From: Tetramitus jugosus
Lineage: Eukaryota; Protista; Heterolobosea
DNA length: 64,000 nucleotides
NCBI GenBank assembly: GCA_937625935.1
Contig: OW569368.1
Span: 124,001-188,000, forward strand
Reading direction: 5' to 3'
The first letter of the stretch is position 1; the number at the start of each line of letters is the position of its first letter. Shown one piece after another: positions 33,166 through 44,230 of the stretch. The translations under genes were made by a program, and so were the position numbers. Under the pieces are notes generated by a model, which saw only the letters and a list, made by a program, of their open reading frames with translations, was not told the DNA's origin and did not search any database.

Positions 33166-36100
33166 ATGGAACCCACCAATTCATCGCTTCTCAATGTTGT
33201 TGCATCGACATCTTCGTCATCTTCACCAACATCCACAGGTAACAACAACCACAACACCCTAACAACGACAGCCACACAACATCAAGCAGTTGCCGCTCCC
33301 CACATGATCCTGCCGGGTAACAACAATTTTTCAACGTCACCATCGTTGATCATCAACACAACAACTGCCGTGGCTACTCCTGACTATATCCATCAACAAC
33401 AACAACACCAACAACATTTATTTACACACCACTCACCACATCAACAACACTCTCCCTCACTGTTCAACCTACAACAACCGACAACAACAACAACAATAAC
33501 CAGTAGTTATCACCATCATCCACAACAACAACAACAACAACAGTACCAACAACAGTTTTCTCATCATCTTCAGCCGTTTATCAGAGCTACGACCAACAAC
33601 AATGCCCCTCATTCAACAACCACAACAACAACAACGATACCTACAGCAGTCACTGCGATCGCGTCATCCGTAGCAACAACAACGACATCAACAACGATAC
33701 CCGCGGGTCCATCTACAACAATAACATCAGACATGTCACCTCAAATGACAACAGCACATCACCTCCAACAACAGCATACTACAACAGATCAATTTAATTT
33801 TCTCGATGTGTCGCCATACAATGTCGTAGCTTCAATACAACAACAACAGCATTATATCCTAAATAATCATAATCATAATAATAGTAATAATAATAATAAT
33901 AATAGCTTTGGCAATGAAACATCAACGACACCCATGTTGAATACAATAACAACATCTTCTCATCATCATCAACAACAACCTCCATCGTATCATACTGCCA
34001 TTCGACCACCACCACCACAATATCATCATGCATCATCACATAACAACAACAATAACATGTTTATTCAAACGACGACGACACCACCACAATATGCATCCCT
34101 CTCAACAACAACAACAACAATATCAGAACCACAACATCATACACCAACGAATACAATATCAGTGTCAAACAATGGCAATGTCACTCCAACAACAACGATA
34201 AGTAACAATCATACGAATAATAATAATAATAGTAGTAGTAGTAGTAGTATTTCACCATTATCATCTCCATTGTCACCATTGATGATTAAACAAGAGAGTC
34301 ACTTGATTCATTCACGTCACAATAGTAACAACAACAATAGTAACAGAAGATTGAAGCGATCGTTTGATGACTTGAACAGTGCATCATCCGTGTCCCATTC
34401 ACCACTACTGACCACTGCAACAACAACAGCAGCAGCAGCAGCCACAACACCATCATCACCCTTACCACTTGTTGTTAGTCCCATTCATTCTCTATCATCA
34501 TCATCATCAAGTGGACAACAGCAACAACAATCTCCTACCACTACCACCACCACTACACTATATACACTCTATCAATCACAAGCTCATCCACCACTACCAC
34601 CACCTACTGTGGAACAACAACAACAACAACAACAAACGACAAGCAACACGAATACGGGAACCACTACTGCTCTGTCCTATAGTGATTACTATGCAGCTAG
34701 TAGTAACAACTCAAATGTACTTCATCATCAACCACTGCATCATCATCACAATAGTACGCAACAACAACAGCAACAACATCATCCATATCAACAACAACAA
34801 GCATCGAGTTATGAACCCATGTCACCACACTCGATTCATCATCATTCCTCTCCATCATCCTCTGCTTCATCTCCACCCTTTTCTCATCATCATCATCATC
34901 ATCTTTCTCTTCATCAGCACAATACAAGTACCAACAACAATAATAATAATAGTAGTGGTAGTAGTGGTCAACAATCATTTGCATCACCTACGACCACTAG
35001 TCCCCCTGTATTGAACTTTATGTATTCACCACCTCCACACCACTCTCATTCCTCTTCCTTTCATCAACAACAACAACATCGTCACGTTGACTACCATGTA
35101 CAACAGCAGCAGCAACAACAGCAACAACAACAATGGCAAGGTAACTTGCGTCTACAACAACAACAACAACATCCTCACGTGTCCTCCTCCTCTCAATATC
35201 ACATTGGTCTCGGAACGAACAGTAACATGAGTGGCAATCTTGATCAAGGTAGTAATGTTGGTAGTGGTGGTGTGATTCATCCGAGTGACACAAATGAGAA
35301 CAGCAGTAGTTCTTATTTGGAGTCGCTTGGACCACAACCCTCTCCCCCTACATTGCTCCACCAACATCAACAACAGCATCATCAGCAGCAACAGTACTCT
35401 ACTAGTAGCTTATTGTCGTCTCCTGTGACTGCAACCGGTGGTCTAACTCTCTCTGAGCTATTTATTTCTCCAACCAACAACAACAATAATAATAATAATC
35501 AGCATATTGGATATTCTATTATGGATGGCAATAGCTCCAACACATCAAACTTTATGAATCATAATATGATGATGGGAGTTCAGGACTCGACTGCAAATAA
35601 TAGCATGACACCAACCAATACTACGATAACAACAACAACAACAACAAGCGGTAGTAGTAATAATAGTAGCGTGATGGATGACTCTGATGACAATCCAATC
35701 AAGAGACAAGCAAAGAAACAAAAACAATCACGATTGACTCCCATTAACACGACCAGTGTCTCAGCAGTATCCAGTTCATCATCATCATCCTCCTCCTCCT
35801 CGTCATCACAATCATCCTCCAGTTCATCATCGACATCCTCTATACAACGTCAACAGCATCATCACATGCATAGCTCTGTTGGAACAAGTTCTCCCATTGG
35901 TGGCAATTGTGCATCACCTTCATCTGCATCCAAGGATCTCGTATTCAAAGATTTTAGTTTTACACCAGAAGACAACAAGATTCGTTTCGTGAACAGTGAT
36001 CATCAAAAGGATGGTATCAATGATGGAACGTGGAGTGAATTGGAACATAATTCCTTCCTCAGAGGACTGACACAGTGCGGCAGAGGTAGATGGAAAGATA

Positions 36101-36363
36101 TTGCTGACAAGTATGTCAAGACGAGAACGAGAACTCAGGTGGCCAGTCATGCACAAAAGTATTTCAATAGACAAAGAAAGGCAATGCAAGTGAAGAGTGG
36201 AGCAGCCACCACAGGTGCCGAAATCAACAGAAATGGAGACGCTGGATTTGGTGATCCTTTCACTTCCGTATACCATAACGATTTATTCGCCGTTCCGGCC
36301 CCTGAAACAGAAAATGCTCCGGTTTCCCTTGACGAGTTGGGAAATTCCCGGAATCAGACATAG
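33166..36363 (+). CDS. SHAQKY-class Myb transcription factor with a long low-complexity N-terminus
   Basis: GTWSELEHNSFLRGL..GRGRWKDIA..VKTRTRTQVASHAQKYF. Confidence 0.92.
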   Translation: MEPTNSSLLNVVASTSSSSSPTSTGNNNHNTLTTTATQHQAVAAPHMILPGNNNFSTSPSLIINTTTAVATPDYIHQQQQHQQHLFTHHSPHQQHSPSLFNLQQPTTTTTITSSYHHHPQQQQQQQYQQQFSHHLQPFIRATTNNNAPHSTTTTTTTIPTAVTAIASSVATTTTSTTIPAGPSTTITSDMSPQMTTAHHLQQQHTTTDQFNFLDVSPYNVVASIQQQQHYILNNHNHNNSNNNNNNSFGNETSTTPMLNTITTSSHHHQQQPPSYHTAIRPPPPQYHHASSHNNNNNMFIQTTTTPPQYASLSTTTTTISEPQHHTPTNTISVSNNGNVTPTTTISNNHTNNNNNSSSSSSISPLSSPLSPLMIKQESHLIHSRHNSNNNNSNRRLKRSFDDLNSASSVSHSPLLTTATTTAAAAATTPSSPLPLVVSPIHSLSSSSSSGQQQQQSPTTTTTTTLYTLYQSQAHPPLPPPTVEQQQQQQQTTSNTNTGTTTALSYSDYYAASSNNSNVLHHQPLHHHHNSTQQQQQQHHPYQQQQASSYEPMSPHSIHHHSSPSSSASSPPFSHHHHHHLSLHQHNTSTNNNNNNSSGSSGQQSFASPTTTSPPVLNFMYSPPPHHSHSSSFHQQQQHRHVDYHVQQQQQQQQQQQWQGNLRLQQQQQHPHVSSSSQYHIGLGTNSNMSGNLDQGSNVGSGGVIHPSDTNENSSSSYLESLGPQPSPPTLLHQHQQQHHQQQQYSTSSLLSSPVTATGGLTLSELFISPTNNNNNNNNQHIGYSIMDGNSSNTSNFMNHNMMMGVQDSTANNSMTPTNTTITTTTTTSGSSNNSSVMDDSDDNPIKRQAKKQKQSRLTPINTTSVSAVSSSSSSSSSSSSSQSSSSSSSTSSIQRQQHHHMHSSVGTSSPIGGNCASPSSASKDLVFKDFSFTPEDNKIRFVNSDHQKDGINDGTWSELEHNSFLRGLTQCGRGRWKDIADKYVKTRTRTQVASHAQKYFNRQRKAMQVKSGAATTGAEINRNGDAGFGDPFTSVYHNDLFAVPAPETENAPVSLDELGNSRNQT

Positions 36364-36779
36364 GAATTTCGGGGTAACGATTATACGATCGCCCCATGCA
36401 CCTCACACTGTCAACAAAGTTCTCCTTCTCGGAGTTTTATCGGATAGGCTTCCACCAGTATCATGAAGTTCTTTGCAATAATTATGAGGGCACTGAACTC
36501 TGTTGGAATATCTTCTTGAGCCTTTTGCTCGGTTCACGGAGTGCACAAGAGGATTAAAAAGCTCACCAAACATTCCCAAAAAAACTGAGCACAAGGAATT
36601 CTGAAACCATAAACTGAGCACAGTTCACTTTTTCACTTTTCGCTTCATCAAAGCACGAAACGCTTCCCATCGAAAATCTTTTTGGAAAAGGACACAAAAC
36701 TGTGATCATCAAAGAATCACCGAAAGGTTGACAGCACCGCATGATAATAATAAGATAGAGCACAAACAACCAAACAACC

Positions 36780-38707
36780 ATGCCGAAAGAAACATCCACC
36801 ACCAAAAAACGTAGGAATACGAAAAACAACAGCTCAAGTGATTCTCTGGATGAGGCACAACCAACAAAGACTCAGAGTAAAAGCAACGGCAGTAAGAAAA
36901 AGAAATCAAGTTCAACCGTGGTGCTTGAAAGAAAAGGTATGATGGTTAAATCTGCTCACAAATTTTGAGCTGCTCCTTGATTTTTTGTGGTGTGTGTTCG
37001 TTCTGCTTGCTCACAAGGCCAGCCGTTTTTTTGCTTTTCCTGTTTTTGGAAACACGTGGTATCCTGATGTACGTAGGCCCAAGTTGTCATCACTGTCGCT
37101 CTAGTCATATACGATGCGATGGTCGAAGGCCATGTGATAACTGTGTGAAGAGAGGCAAGGAGTGCTTCGATTATGACAAGACTCTGCTCTATCAACAACA
37201 TGTTCTTGACTTGTTGAACATTAGCCATCACACGAACAGTATCAACAGTACTGTTGGAGATGATGTAGTGGTGATGCCGAACCAAAGTGCAAGTAATTTA
37301 AATAATTTAAACATTGGCCATTCGCTCATGTCGATGCCAAAGGAGCAGTTATCCTCGTTGCTCATGACCATCAATCAACGACTCTTGTCGAATGCACCAA
37401 AGAGCAGCGGTAATATTGTGCCAAGTGTTATGGAAGATGTGAGTCATGATGGTGATGACGATGAAGCACAAGAGTATCTCTCGAACAAGAGGACATTGCC
37501 CGAAGCCGATGCTGATTCCGAGGATGACAAGCAAAGAATTCAACGAAGAATTTTTGAGGAGGTTGATACGAATGTAATGTTTGGTAGTGGTAGTGGTGAT
37601 CAAGCTTCGTCGGTAGGTTATCATCAAAATTCGGATTTGAATGGCAGTAACAACAGTCAAATGAATGCAAATTCAAATCAATACTTTACTTCATTGCTTC
37701 AGTCACATTTGAGTAGTTTGCTTGATATGTATGATGAAGATGCTTGTTCATCTGCGTCAGTGTCTGATGATGCTTTGACGATTCAAGGTCTGAAGAATGA
37801 GTCACCGTTGGATGGTCCAATCAATGACAATAAGAATGGTGGTAGCAGTAGTGGTACTTCAGGTGTGAATGGAGAAAAATCATCATATACAGTTGCCGAA
37901 GCAGCATACTTGAGGAGGGAGTTGAGCGAGTCTCGAGCCCTTGTGATGAATACACGGTCTGAGTTAATACGGCTTCAAAACGAAAATGCACTATTGAAAC
38001 AGAGACTGAACCAGTTGGAGGGCAGTGGTGTATCTGACAATTCGATGGATCGAGGCCTTCACATGTGGGATTTACCCAACGAACTGTATAAGCCAGTTTT
38101 TGTTGTCAATATGAGTAACTTTAGGATTATGGGCTGTAACAATTATTTTAGAACCCTCTCACGATATTCTCTGAGCGATTTCAAGGACACACCATTCTCT
38201 GTATTTCAGTTATTACCCAGTCGATCGATACCAATATGGCGGCTCGTAATCCAATGGCTAGGCTCGTCTGCCAAAGTAAAATACTTGGAGAACATTGGTT
38301 TTATTGTCACAAGAGATCAACAAGAGATTTGCTTGCGGTTGAAACGAAGGTTCGAAGAAGGCTACTGCTGGGTAGAATGTGAACCGACTCCAATGTACAC
38401 TGATGAATTTAAAGTCGATGATATTTACATACCTAGCACAATGCAGATCCCGTGTGACATTTCGCTGATGAAACTGATGCATCAACCTCCTCCTAGCCAC
38501 AATTATCAAAAGCTGTTGGACATTTTGTTCCAGAGAAAAGTGAGCCAACCAACCATAATTGACTACACGACGCAACAAATTCAAGCTCCAGATGTACAAC
38601 AACAGCAGCAAGGTGGTGTGCTCACTCAACAGTCTCTCTTCAAACCAATACAGCTGGATACGAACGAGGCAGAAGAATTATTAAGCCGGTACTCAAATGT
38701 CAAGTAA
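36780..38707 (+). CDS. Zn(II)2Cys6 (GAL4-type) transcription factor with coiled coil and PAS-like C-terminal domain; intron 36937-37076
   Basis: CHHCRSSHIRCDGRRPCDNCVKRGKEC; the GTATGA...TAG intron is in frame; PVFVVN..IMGCNNYFRTLSRYS is PAS-like. Confidence 0.85.
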
Positions 38708-38874
38708 TTGAACCGCAAGATAGGACAGTGATATTAATTTATTTCATACAACATAGATTATCGTTGTCCACAGCTTCAGCGCAATCACACTGCAACACAG
38801 TCCCAGCTCGTCAAACCATATCGATATGGTTCGATGTAAATTTTTTCACACGACAAAATCTCAACAAGAAAATG

Positions 38875-39744
38875 TCACGATGGACTTCTATTGCCTCTTC
38901 TGCTGGATTGGTCATAGGGTCTATAGCGATACGAAGAATTGCTCCTCCTACTGGAGCCACTACCATGAGACGAATAATAGCCACTAGAACGACTCTTCTC
39001 CCACCTTTTCTGCTCTGCCAACTCCTTGACTCTTTGACTCAATTTTGTGTTCCATTCATTGTCCTCTCTCTCAATGAGCCAATACACATTGCTTGTCCTA
39101 TGCTTCAACCGCAGTTGATTAAACTGGTAAACAGAGAGATACTTTGGAAACTGGTCTGGAGCATTCTTGTGCAAATCTTGAAAATGATCCCTTAGTTGAC
39201 CATTGTTTAGCACTTGAACTCTTGGATCAACTTCCTTGTTGCTTTGTTGTTCAGTTGCTATTGTTACATCAGCATCCTCTGTAGGAGCAGAAGACGACAG
39301 CTGACCTCCAATTGTGGAGCTCAAGCGTTTGGTTACCTCTGTTTTGTGTGATGTCGATACAGAGCTATTGCTTCTGTTGTCCTTGTGTGATACGACAGTT
39401 GTCAAGCTTACCATCTCATCCACGAGCCAATACACAAAATCCGTACTGCTGCACTTGGCGCCAAAATTTTTTTGATCGTTGCGGCGCGCAAAAAATGGTT
39501 GAAGTTCCACAGCAATGTCATACATGGAACGTTGATTCACTAAGAGCGTGTAGACATATTGAGCGAGTAAATGGCAGTGCGAATCAATGGTTTGATCGTT
39601 CTTATCGCATGGAGGCGAGATATTGTCATCAACAACTACAGTTCTTGCAAATATTTGAGAAATTTTGAGCACTATGCGCTCAAGCAGTATCCTTGATTGG
39701 TGGTCATCCAGTTTGACCTGAACCTTATCGTGTGTATCCGCCAT
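38875..39744 (-). CDS. PWI/Nab2-N-like domain protein with an R/S/Y-rich tail
   Basis: LAQYVYTLLVNQRSMYDIAVELQPFF...TDFVYWL. Confidence 0.6.
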   Translation of the reverse strand: MADTHDKVQVKLDDHQSRILLERIVLKISQIFARTVVVDDNISPPCDKNDQTIDSHCHLLAQYVYTLLVNQRSMYDIAVELQPFFARRNDQKNFGAKCSSTDFVYWLVDEMVSLTTVVSHKDNRSNSSVSTSHKTEVTKRLSSTIGGQLSSSAPTEDADVTIATEQQSNKEVDPRVQVLNNGQLRDHFQDLHKNAPDQFPKYLSVYQFNQLRLKHRTSNVYWLIEREDNEWNTKLSQRVKELAEQKRWEKSRSSGYYSSHGSGSSRRSNSSYRYRPYDQSSRRGNRSPS

Positions 39745-40318
39745 GTTTTCTGTTATTTTTCTCCGCTTTCTCGAAGTTGCTGAACATTCTACGATAAAAA
39801 TCAGGCACCGCGCGTTGTAAACCTATCGGGACAATGAACGGATAATTACCTCATATTACAAAAGTTTTTAGTCAACCAAATTTCATAGCAGTCTCTCATT
39901 GTTCCAACGTCAACATCCCAGTGATACATTCATTGGAGTGAGTATAGTACGACATTACACCACTGACCAAAAAGTTGTGCCTGCTCTCAAACCCAATTCA
40001 CCTGCTTGCCCCATTTTCATTGTAAGCTTTTACCGCCAAGGGATCTTTTACCATTTCTTACGATTGAAAAGGCGTCAGCAAAACAAATCAAGAACAGCAA
40101 GCCACAGACAACCAGCGAGCTAAATCACACAAACCTGACACGATTGAACAACATCACTGCTCCTCTCCACCCAAAAGCTACTAACGAAAAATTTGAAATA
40201 ATTGTTGTAGTAGTCTGAAGACAATCATCAATTCACACGACTCTTTGCCACGCATATATCAGATAACAGACCTACTCTAACAACAACAACAACAATCTAA
40301 CAATCAATCAAAAGAGAC

Positions 40319-42742
40319 ATGAGCAACGAACTACCCAAACCAAACACACTCCCACCTCCACAACAACTACACCCATTTCCACTGCAGCACCAGAGTGTAA
40401 CACCTATTCCACCACCACCGAGATCTATTGCCAGTAATACCGCAATCAATGTTGGTTCTTCATCCGACTCGCATGCCATTCCATCTGCTGTGGACGATGA
40501 CAGCACAATGACTATACCAGAGTCGATTACCGACCCAGAAGAGTACAATTTTTTGAATGCGCTTGTCGAGTTTCACGCTGATAATGATTCACTATCACGA
40601 CTCAAAAAATATCCAATCATCAATGGTCAACCATTGGATCTGTACCTTTTGTTTAAGTTGGTGACTGAGAAGGGAGGCTACACGAAAACAGTGAGGAATG
40701 GACCATCGGAAACGAAGCATAATTGGATTGAAATTTACAAGAAGTTGACCAGAAATTATGATCCGAATCAAACCGAGGCAACAATCGTTCAACTAAAGGA
40801 AATTTACTCAAAATTCTTGTTGGAGTATGAAGCAGAGCATTTTGGTCCTTTACAGGTAGCCGCCACAGCAGCAACAACCACGGCAACACCAACTACAGCT
40901 ACAGGCAATGGATCTTCATCAACAAATACGACTCAATCGAACGCATCTTCCAACGGCTCTCCATCACCATCATCAGCAGTTGGTCCAACGAACAATGGTA
41001 CATCATCGTCGGTATCACCCATGCCTGTTGTTCCAGCACTCAAAGTTGAGAATGCCAGTGGAGCACCTGCAAAGGGCAGTGAGATTGTGTTTAGATTCTA
41101 TATTACGAAGAATTGGCTCACGGGAAAGAAACAATTTTTGCACGAGAAACCAAAACCAGTGTTTGATATTCGTGTGGAGCTTGATAATAGTCCAATTGCG
41201 CACGCAATCACACAAAGACTGCCAATATTGGAACATTGTAACAAGTTTGGTGAGCAATTAGTGTATTTTACTTGCCCAAGCATTCCTCCTACACCTGAAT
41301 TCTCAGAGCAGGAAGACAGATTGTCCAATGAGGTAATGCCTATTGGTTCATTGGCTTATTGGAGGGCAGGTTCCTCGTTAGTTCTTGGTTGGGGATCGAC
41401 CCCTGCAGCCAAGAATGGAGAATGCAGACTGTTGGAGCCATGTGTGGCGATCGGTAGATGGGTCAATAGTGGTGACAAGTATTTTTCGCAATCACTTACG
41501 CAAGCATTATCCAGGGTCACTCACACAACTACGCAGCTCCAATTGAAGAGAAGAATCGACAGGACTGCCGATAAACTGCGCGATCTGGATTATATCATTG
41601 TTGAGGTTCAGCCAGCTGAATACTTTTCTGCAAATGATCCAAATGAGCAGGCAAGAACTCTCGCTAAGCAAGTATACATGCCGACATCAGGAGTACCGTC
41701 AATTAAGTCTCCTGCTACTCCGACTGGTCCACCAGGGAGAGGCATTCGACCCTCTACAGCACCTGTTCTGACCACTCTGAACAGCATTACGAATAATATG
41801 AATAGAACACCCACGATATCACCAATGTCGCCTGGTATTGACAAGCAGTTGCCTCATCCCGTACACAATGGGCCACCTCCTCCAATGATGCGACCTCCAT
41901 ACCCATTCAATCAACAAGCACAAAGGGATAATGAGTCGTTTTATGATCATAAGCGGAAAGAAATGCCCAAACAAGACTCTATCAGATCAAATGAGTCACC
42001 TTCTCAATATCCAGGAAGACCAGGCTCACCACAAAATAAGCCTGGCGCAAGTAGGTATCCAACCCAACCTAATATGGCTTCGAGAAGTTCTATTCAACCA
42101 TCCTATATTCAACCTTTGCCTTATGGTCAGTCTCAGAATCAAAGATCAATGCCAACGAGACCTGGCAGTCAGAAGAGATTAGCCGAACCAGACCTGAATC
42201 TTGACGCTAAAATGGCCAAGAGAGCCAGACTGGTGAAGAAGGTGCCTATTGCATCCTCGTTGCCTTCTTGGCTGACTGAAGCTGGAAAAGACGAGCTGGA
42301 CAAACAAGTGCATCACGTTATCATTAGGTACAAGTACAAGGGTGAGAGTGACAATGATTGCCGGATGATCAAGAAATCCCTCGTGTTCACTCCGAAACCA
42401 CATTCCACTGTGGATGATGAAGCCGCCCCAGCAAAACCTGAGAGTACTGAGGAAGAGGAAGCTACCTTAACTGGCTCCAACATCGTATACTTATTGCAAC
42501 AAGATAATGTAGATATTCAAGATCTCGAAGAAGTTCGTCATTTCGAAAAGGGAGTAGATCTGGAAAGCAGTGGTTGGGTACTGTTGGAGAGTGATTACAA
42601 GTGTGCATTGAACCAGCAAGAGTCACCACCAGATCTCAACTTGGCATCATCCACCACCACAACACAACCAGAGACCAATGGAAATCACGCACCAGAGAAA
42701 TCATCCAGCAAGACGATCATCAAGTTGCTGCTCAAAAAATAA
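40319..42742 (+). CDS. ARID/BRIGHT domain protein with a cyclophilin-like (TM1367/DUF369-type) domain
   Basis: ARID motif PIINGQPLDLYLLFKLVTEKGGY..W..LKEIYSKFLLEYE. Second domain has GSLAYWRAGSSLVLGWGSTP..CVAIGR. Confidence 0.8.
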   Translation: MSNELPKPNTLPPPQQLHPFPLQHQSVTPIPPPPRSIASNTAINVGSSSDSHAIPSAVDDDSTMTIPESITDPEEYNFLNALVEFHADNDSLSRLKKYPIINGQPLDLYLLFKLVTEKGGYTKTVRNGPSETKHNWIEIYKKLTRNYDPNQTEATIVQLKEIYSKFLLEYEAEHFGPLQVAATAATTTATPTTATGNGSSSTNTTQSNASSNGSPSPSSAVGPTNNGTSSSVSPMPVVPALKVENASGAPAKGSEIVFRFYITKNWLTGKKQFLHEKPKPVFDIRVELDNSPIAHAITQRLPILEHCNKFGEQLVYFTCPSIPPTPEFSEQEDRLSNEVMPIGSLAYWRAGSSLVLGWGSTPAAKNGECRLLEPCVAIGRWVNSGDKYFSQSLTQALSRVTHTTTQLQLKRRIDRTADKLRDLDYIIVEVQPAEYFSANDPNEQARTLAKQVYMPTSGVPSIKSPATPTGPPGRGIRPSTAPVLTTLNSITNNMNRTPTISPMSPGIDKQLPHPVHNGPPPPMMRPPYPFNQQAQRDNESFYDHKRKEMPKQDSIRSNESPSQYPGRPGSPQNKPGASRYPTQPNMASRSSIQPSYIQPLPYGQSQNQRSMPTRPGSQKRLAEPDLNLDAKMAKRARLVKKVPIASSLPSWLTEAGKDELDKQVHHVIIRYKYKGESDNDCRMIKKSLVFTPKPHSTVDDEAAPAKPESTEEEEATLTGSNIVYLLQQDNVDIQDLEEVRHFEKGVDLESSGWVLLESDYKCALNQQESPPDLNLASSTTTTQPETNGNHAPEKSSSKTIIKLLLKK

Positions 42743-42816
42743 AAGAGAGAACTTCCTCTGCTACTTCCGGAGAAACACAATTTTGTGAAAGGAAGGAGAC
42801 ACAAACATCACAAAAA

Positions 42817-44220
42817 ATGTCATCAACACCAACAACACCAACAACGACTAGGACTCCACCACCAGTGATCCACCCTTCAAAAGATCAATCACCATCACCA
42901 CCATCACCATCAGAAGAAGAGGTCGCAGAACTGACAGAGCACCAAGTGAGAACAATTGTCTCAGAGGTGTTGGAGGAAGAAGCTCAACAGGGTAAAATAA
43001 CACCACGTACCTCAAGTAATACTCACAAAACTGTTGATCGCCCAACAGCAAGAATCAAGCATAGTGGTGTTACCAAGAATGTAGTGTACTCTGTAGCTAC
43101 AGAGAAGAAGCAGCCTCATCGTGAGCATCATCAACAGCAGCAGCAGCAACAGCAACAACCACCACTAATCTTTATTCTGTTGTGTCTCTTTCTCATGTAC
43201 TTGTGTTTTGAACCATTTAAGAGTGTATTTATGTTGGCCGTTCACTTGTTTCAAAGTTGCTTGACCATTGGTGTCGTGTCGTATGTTTATGCGAACGCAC
43301 CAAAGCTCTTGAACATGTTTAATGCGCCATCATCATCATCATCATCAAAAGAAGTTTCTCCTTCCACTTCTTCTTCGTCTTCTGTTGTTGTTGCCGCTGC
43401 CGCCGCAGCTTCAACCATGGGCAACAACTACGATGAGAACAAGAGAATGAGCACCAACACGCTCAATAGGAAAATTGTTCAGAGCGCACGCCGCATCGAG
43501 CTTACAATTTTTAGTTTTATTGTATGTGTCGGAGTCATTTGGGGCGGTTTTGGATTGGCGTTTGAGCTCTTGCTGGTTCTTGGCGCCATTCACTCATTTT
43601 ACGATTCTAGATATGCTCTGTTTGAGCCAGCTCTCATTGTTTCCACTGCAATCACCACTTTTTTGCATGTTGTGTTGAGTGTATTGGGAAAGACAAGTCT
43701 TGTCCTGTTGTTGGTGGCATTGATTGTGACTCTGGTGAAAACGAAACCAACAGAGGAGCAAGTACGATCAGAGATGATCGCAAAGCTTGATGCGTATCGA
43801 CAAGAGGCACGTGCCAAGGCAGCACCAGTGTCTAGCACATACCGTTTTGCGATCACTAGGATCTCTTCGTTTGTGAAGCAGGTGGTAGCTTCGGCCAAGG
43901 TGAGCGTTCAGTTCGAGTCCAGAGATTGGATTATTGGCATTGTTGGCACAACTCCTTCACTTCCACAAATCGTTGCTATTGGAGCACTGGGATGCGTGTT
44001 TATCGTTCCGCTGTACGAGAGAAGATCAGGCAAAGAAACCGAGTTTGGTTTCAGTCTGTTTTGTCGAGAACAGATCAGTGCTCTCCTGCAAACCACATCC
44101 GATCTCAATCTTGAGGAATTGGTGAAGCAGTTGAGTGGCGAATGGAGCCAAATGGATGCCAGTGAGAAGTATGCCTACCTATTGCAGGCAAAAGATGCCA
44201 TTGTAGATTATGTACAATAA
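42817..44220 (+). CDS. Multi-pass membrane protein with a C-terminal HMG-box-like domain
   Basis: Several hydrophobic helices, then GFSLFCREQ...LVKQLSGEWSQMDASEKYAYL. Confidence 0.7.
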   Translation: MSSTPTTPTTTRTPPPVIHPSKDQSPSPPSPSEEEVAELTEHQVRTIVSEVLEEEAQQGKITPRTSSNTHKTVDRPTARIKHSGVTKNVVYSVATEKKQPHREHHQQQQQQQQQPPLIFILLCLFLMYLCFEPFKSVFMLAVHLFQSCLTIGVVSYVYANAPKLLNMFNAPSSSSSSKEVSPSTSSSSSVVVAAAAAASTMGNNYDENKRMSTNTLNRKIVQSARRIELTIFSFIVCVGVIWGGFGLAFELLLVLGAIHSFYDSRYALFEPALIVSTAITTFLHVVLSVLGKTSLVLLLVALIVTLVKTKPTEEQVRSEMIAKLDAYRQEARAKAAPVSSTYRFAITRISSFVKQVVASAKVSVQFESRDWIIGIVGTTPSLPQIVAIGALGCVFIVPLYERRSGKETEFGFSLFCREQISALLQTTSDLNLEELVKQLSGEWSQMDASEKYAYLLQAKDAIVDYVQ

Positions 44221-44230
44221 AACGTAATGT

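Noticed and set aside
33166-35900. Dense CAA/CAT/AAT microsatellites and the antisense ORFs they generate (also 3270-6422)
   Set aside because: These are ordinary coding homopeptide tracts, and the overlapping ORFs are shadows.
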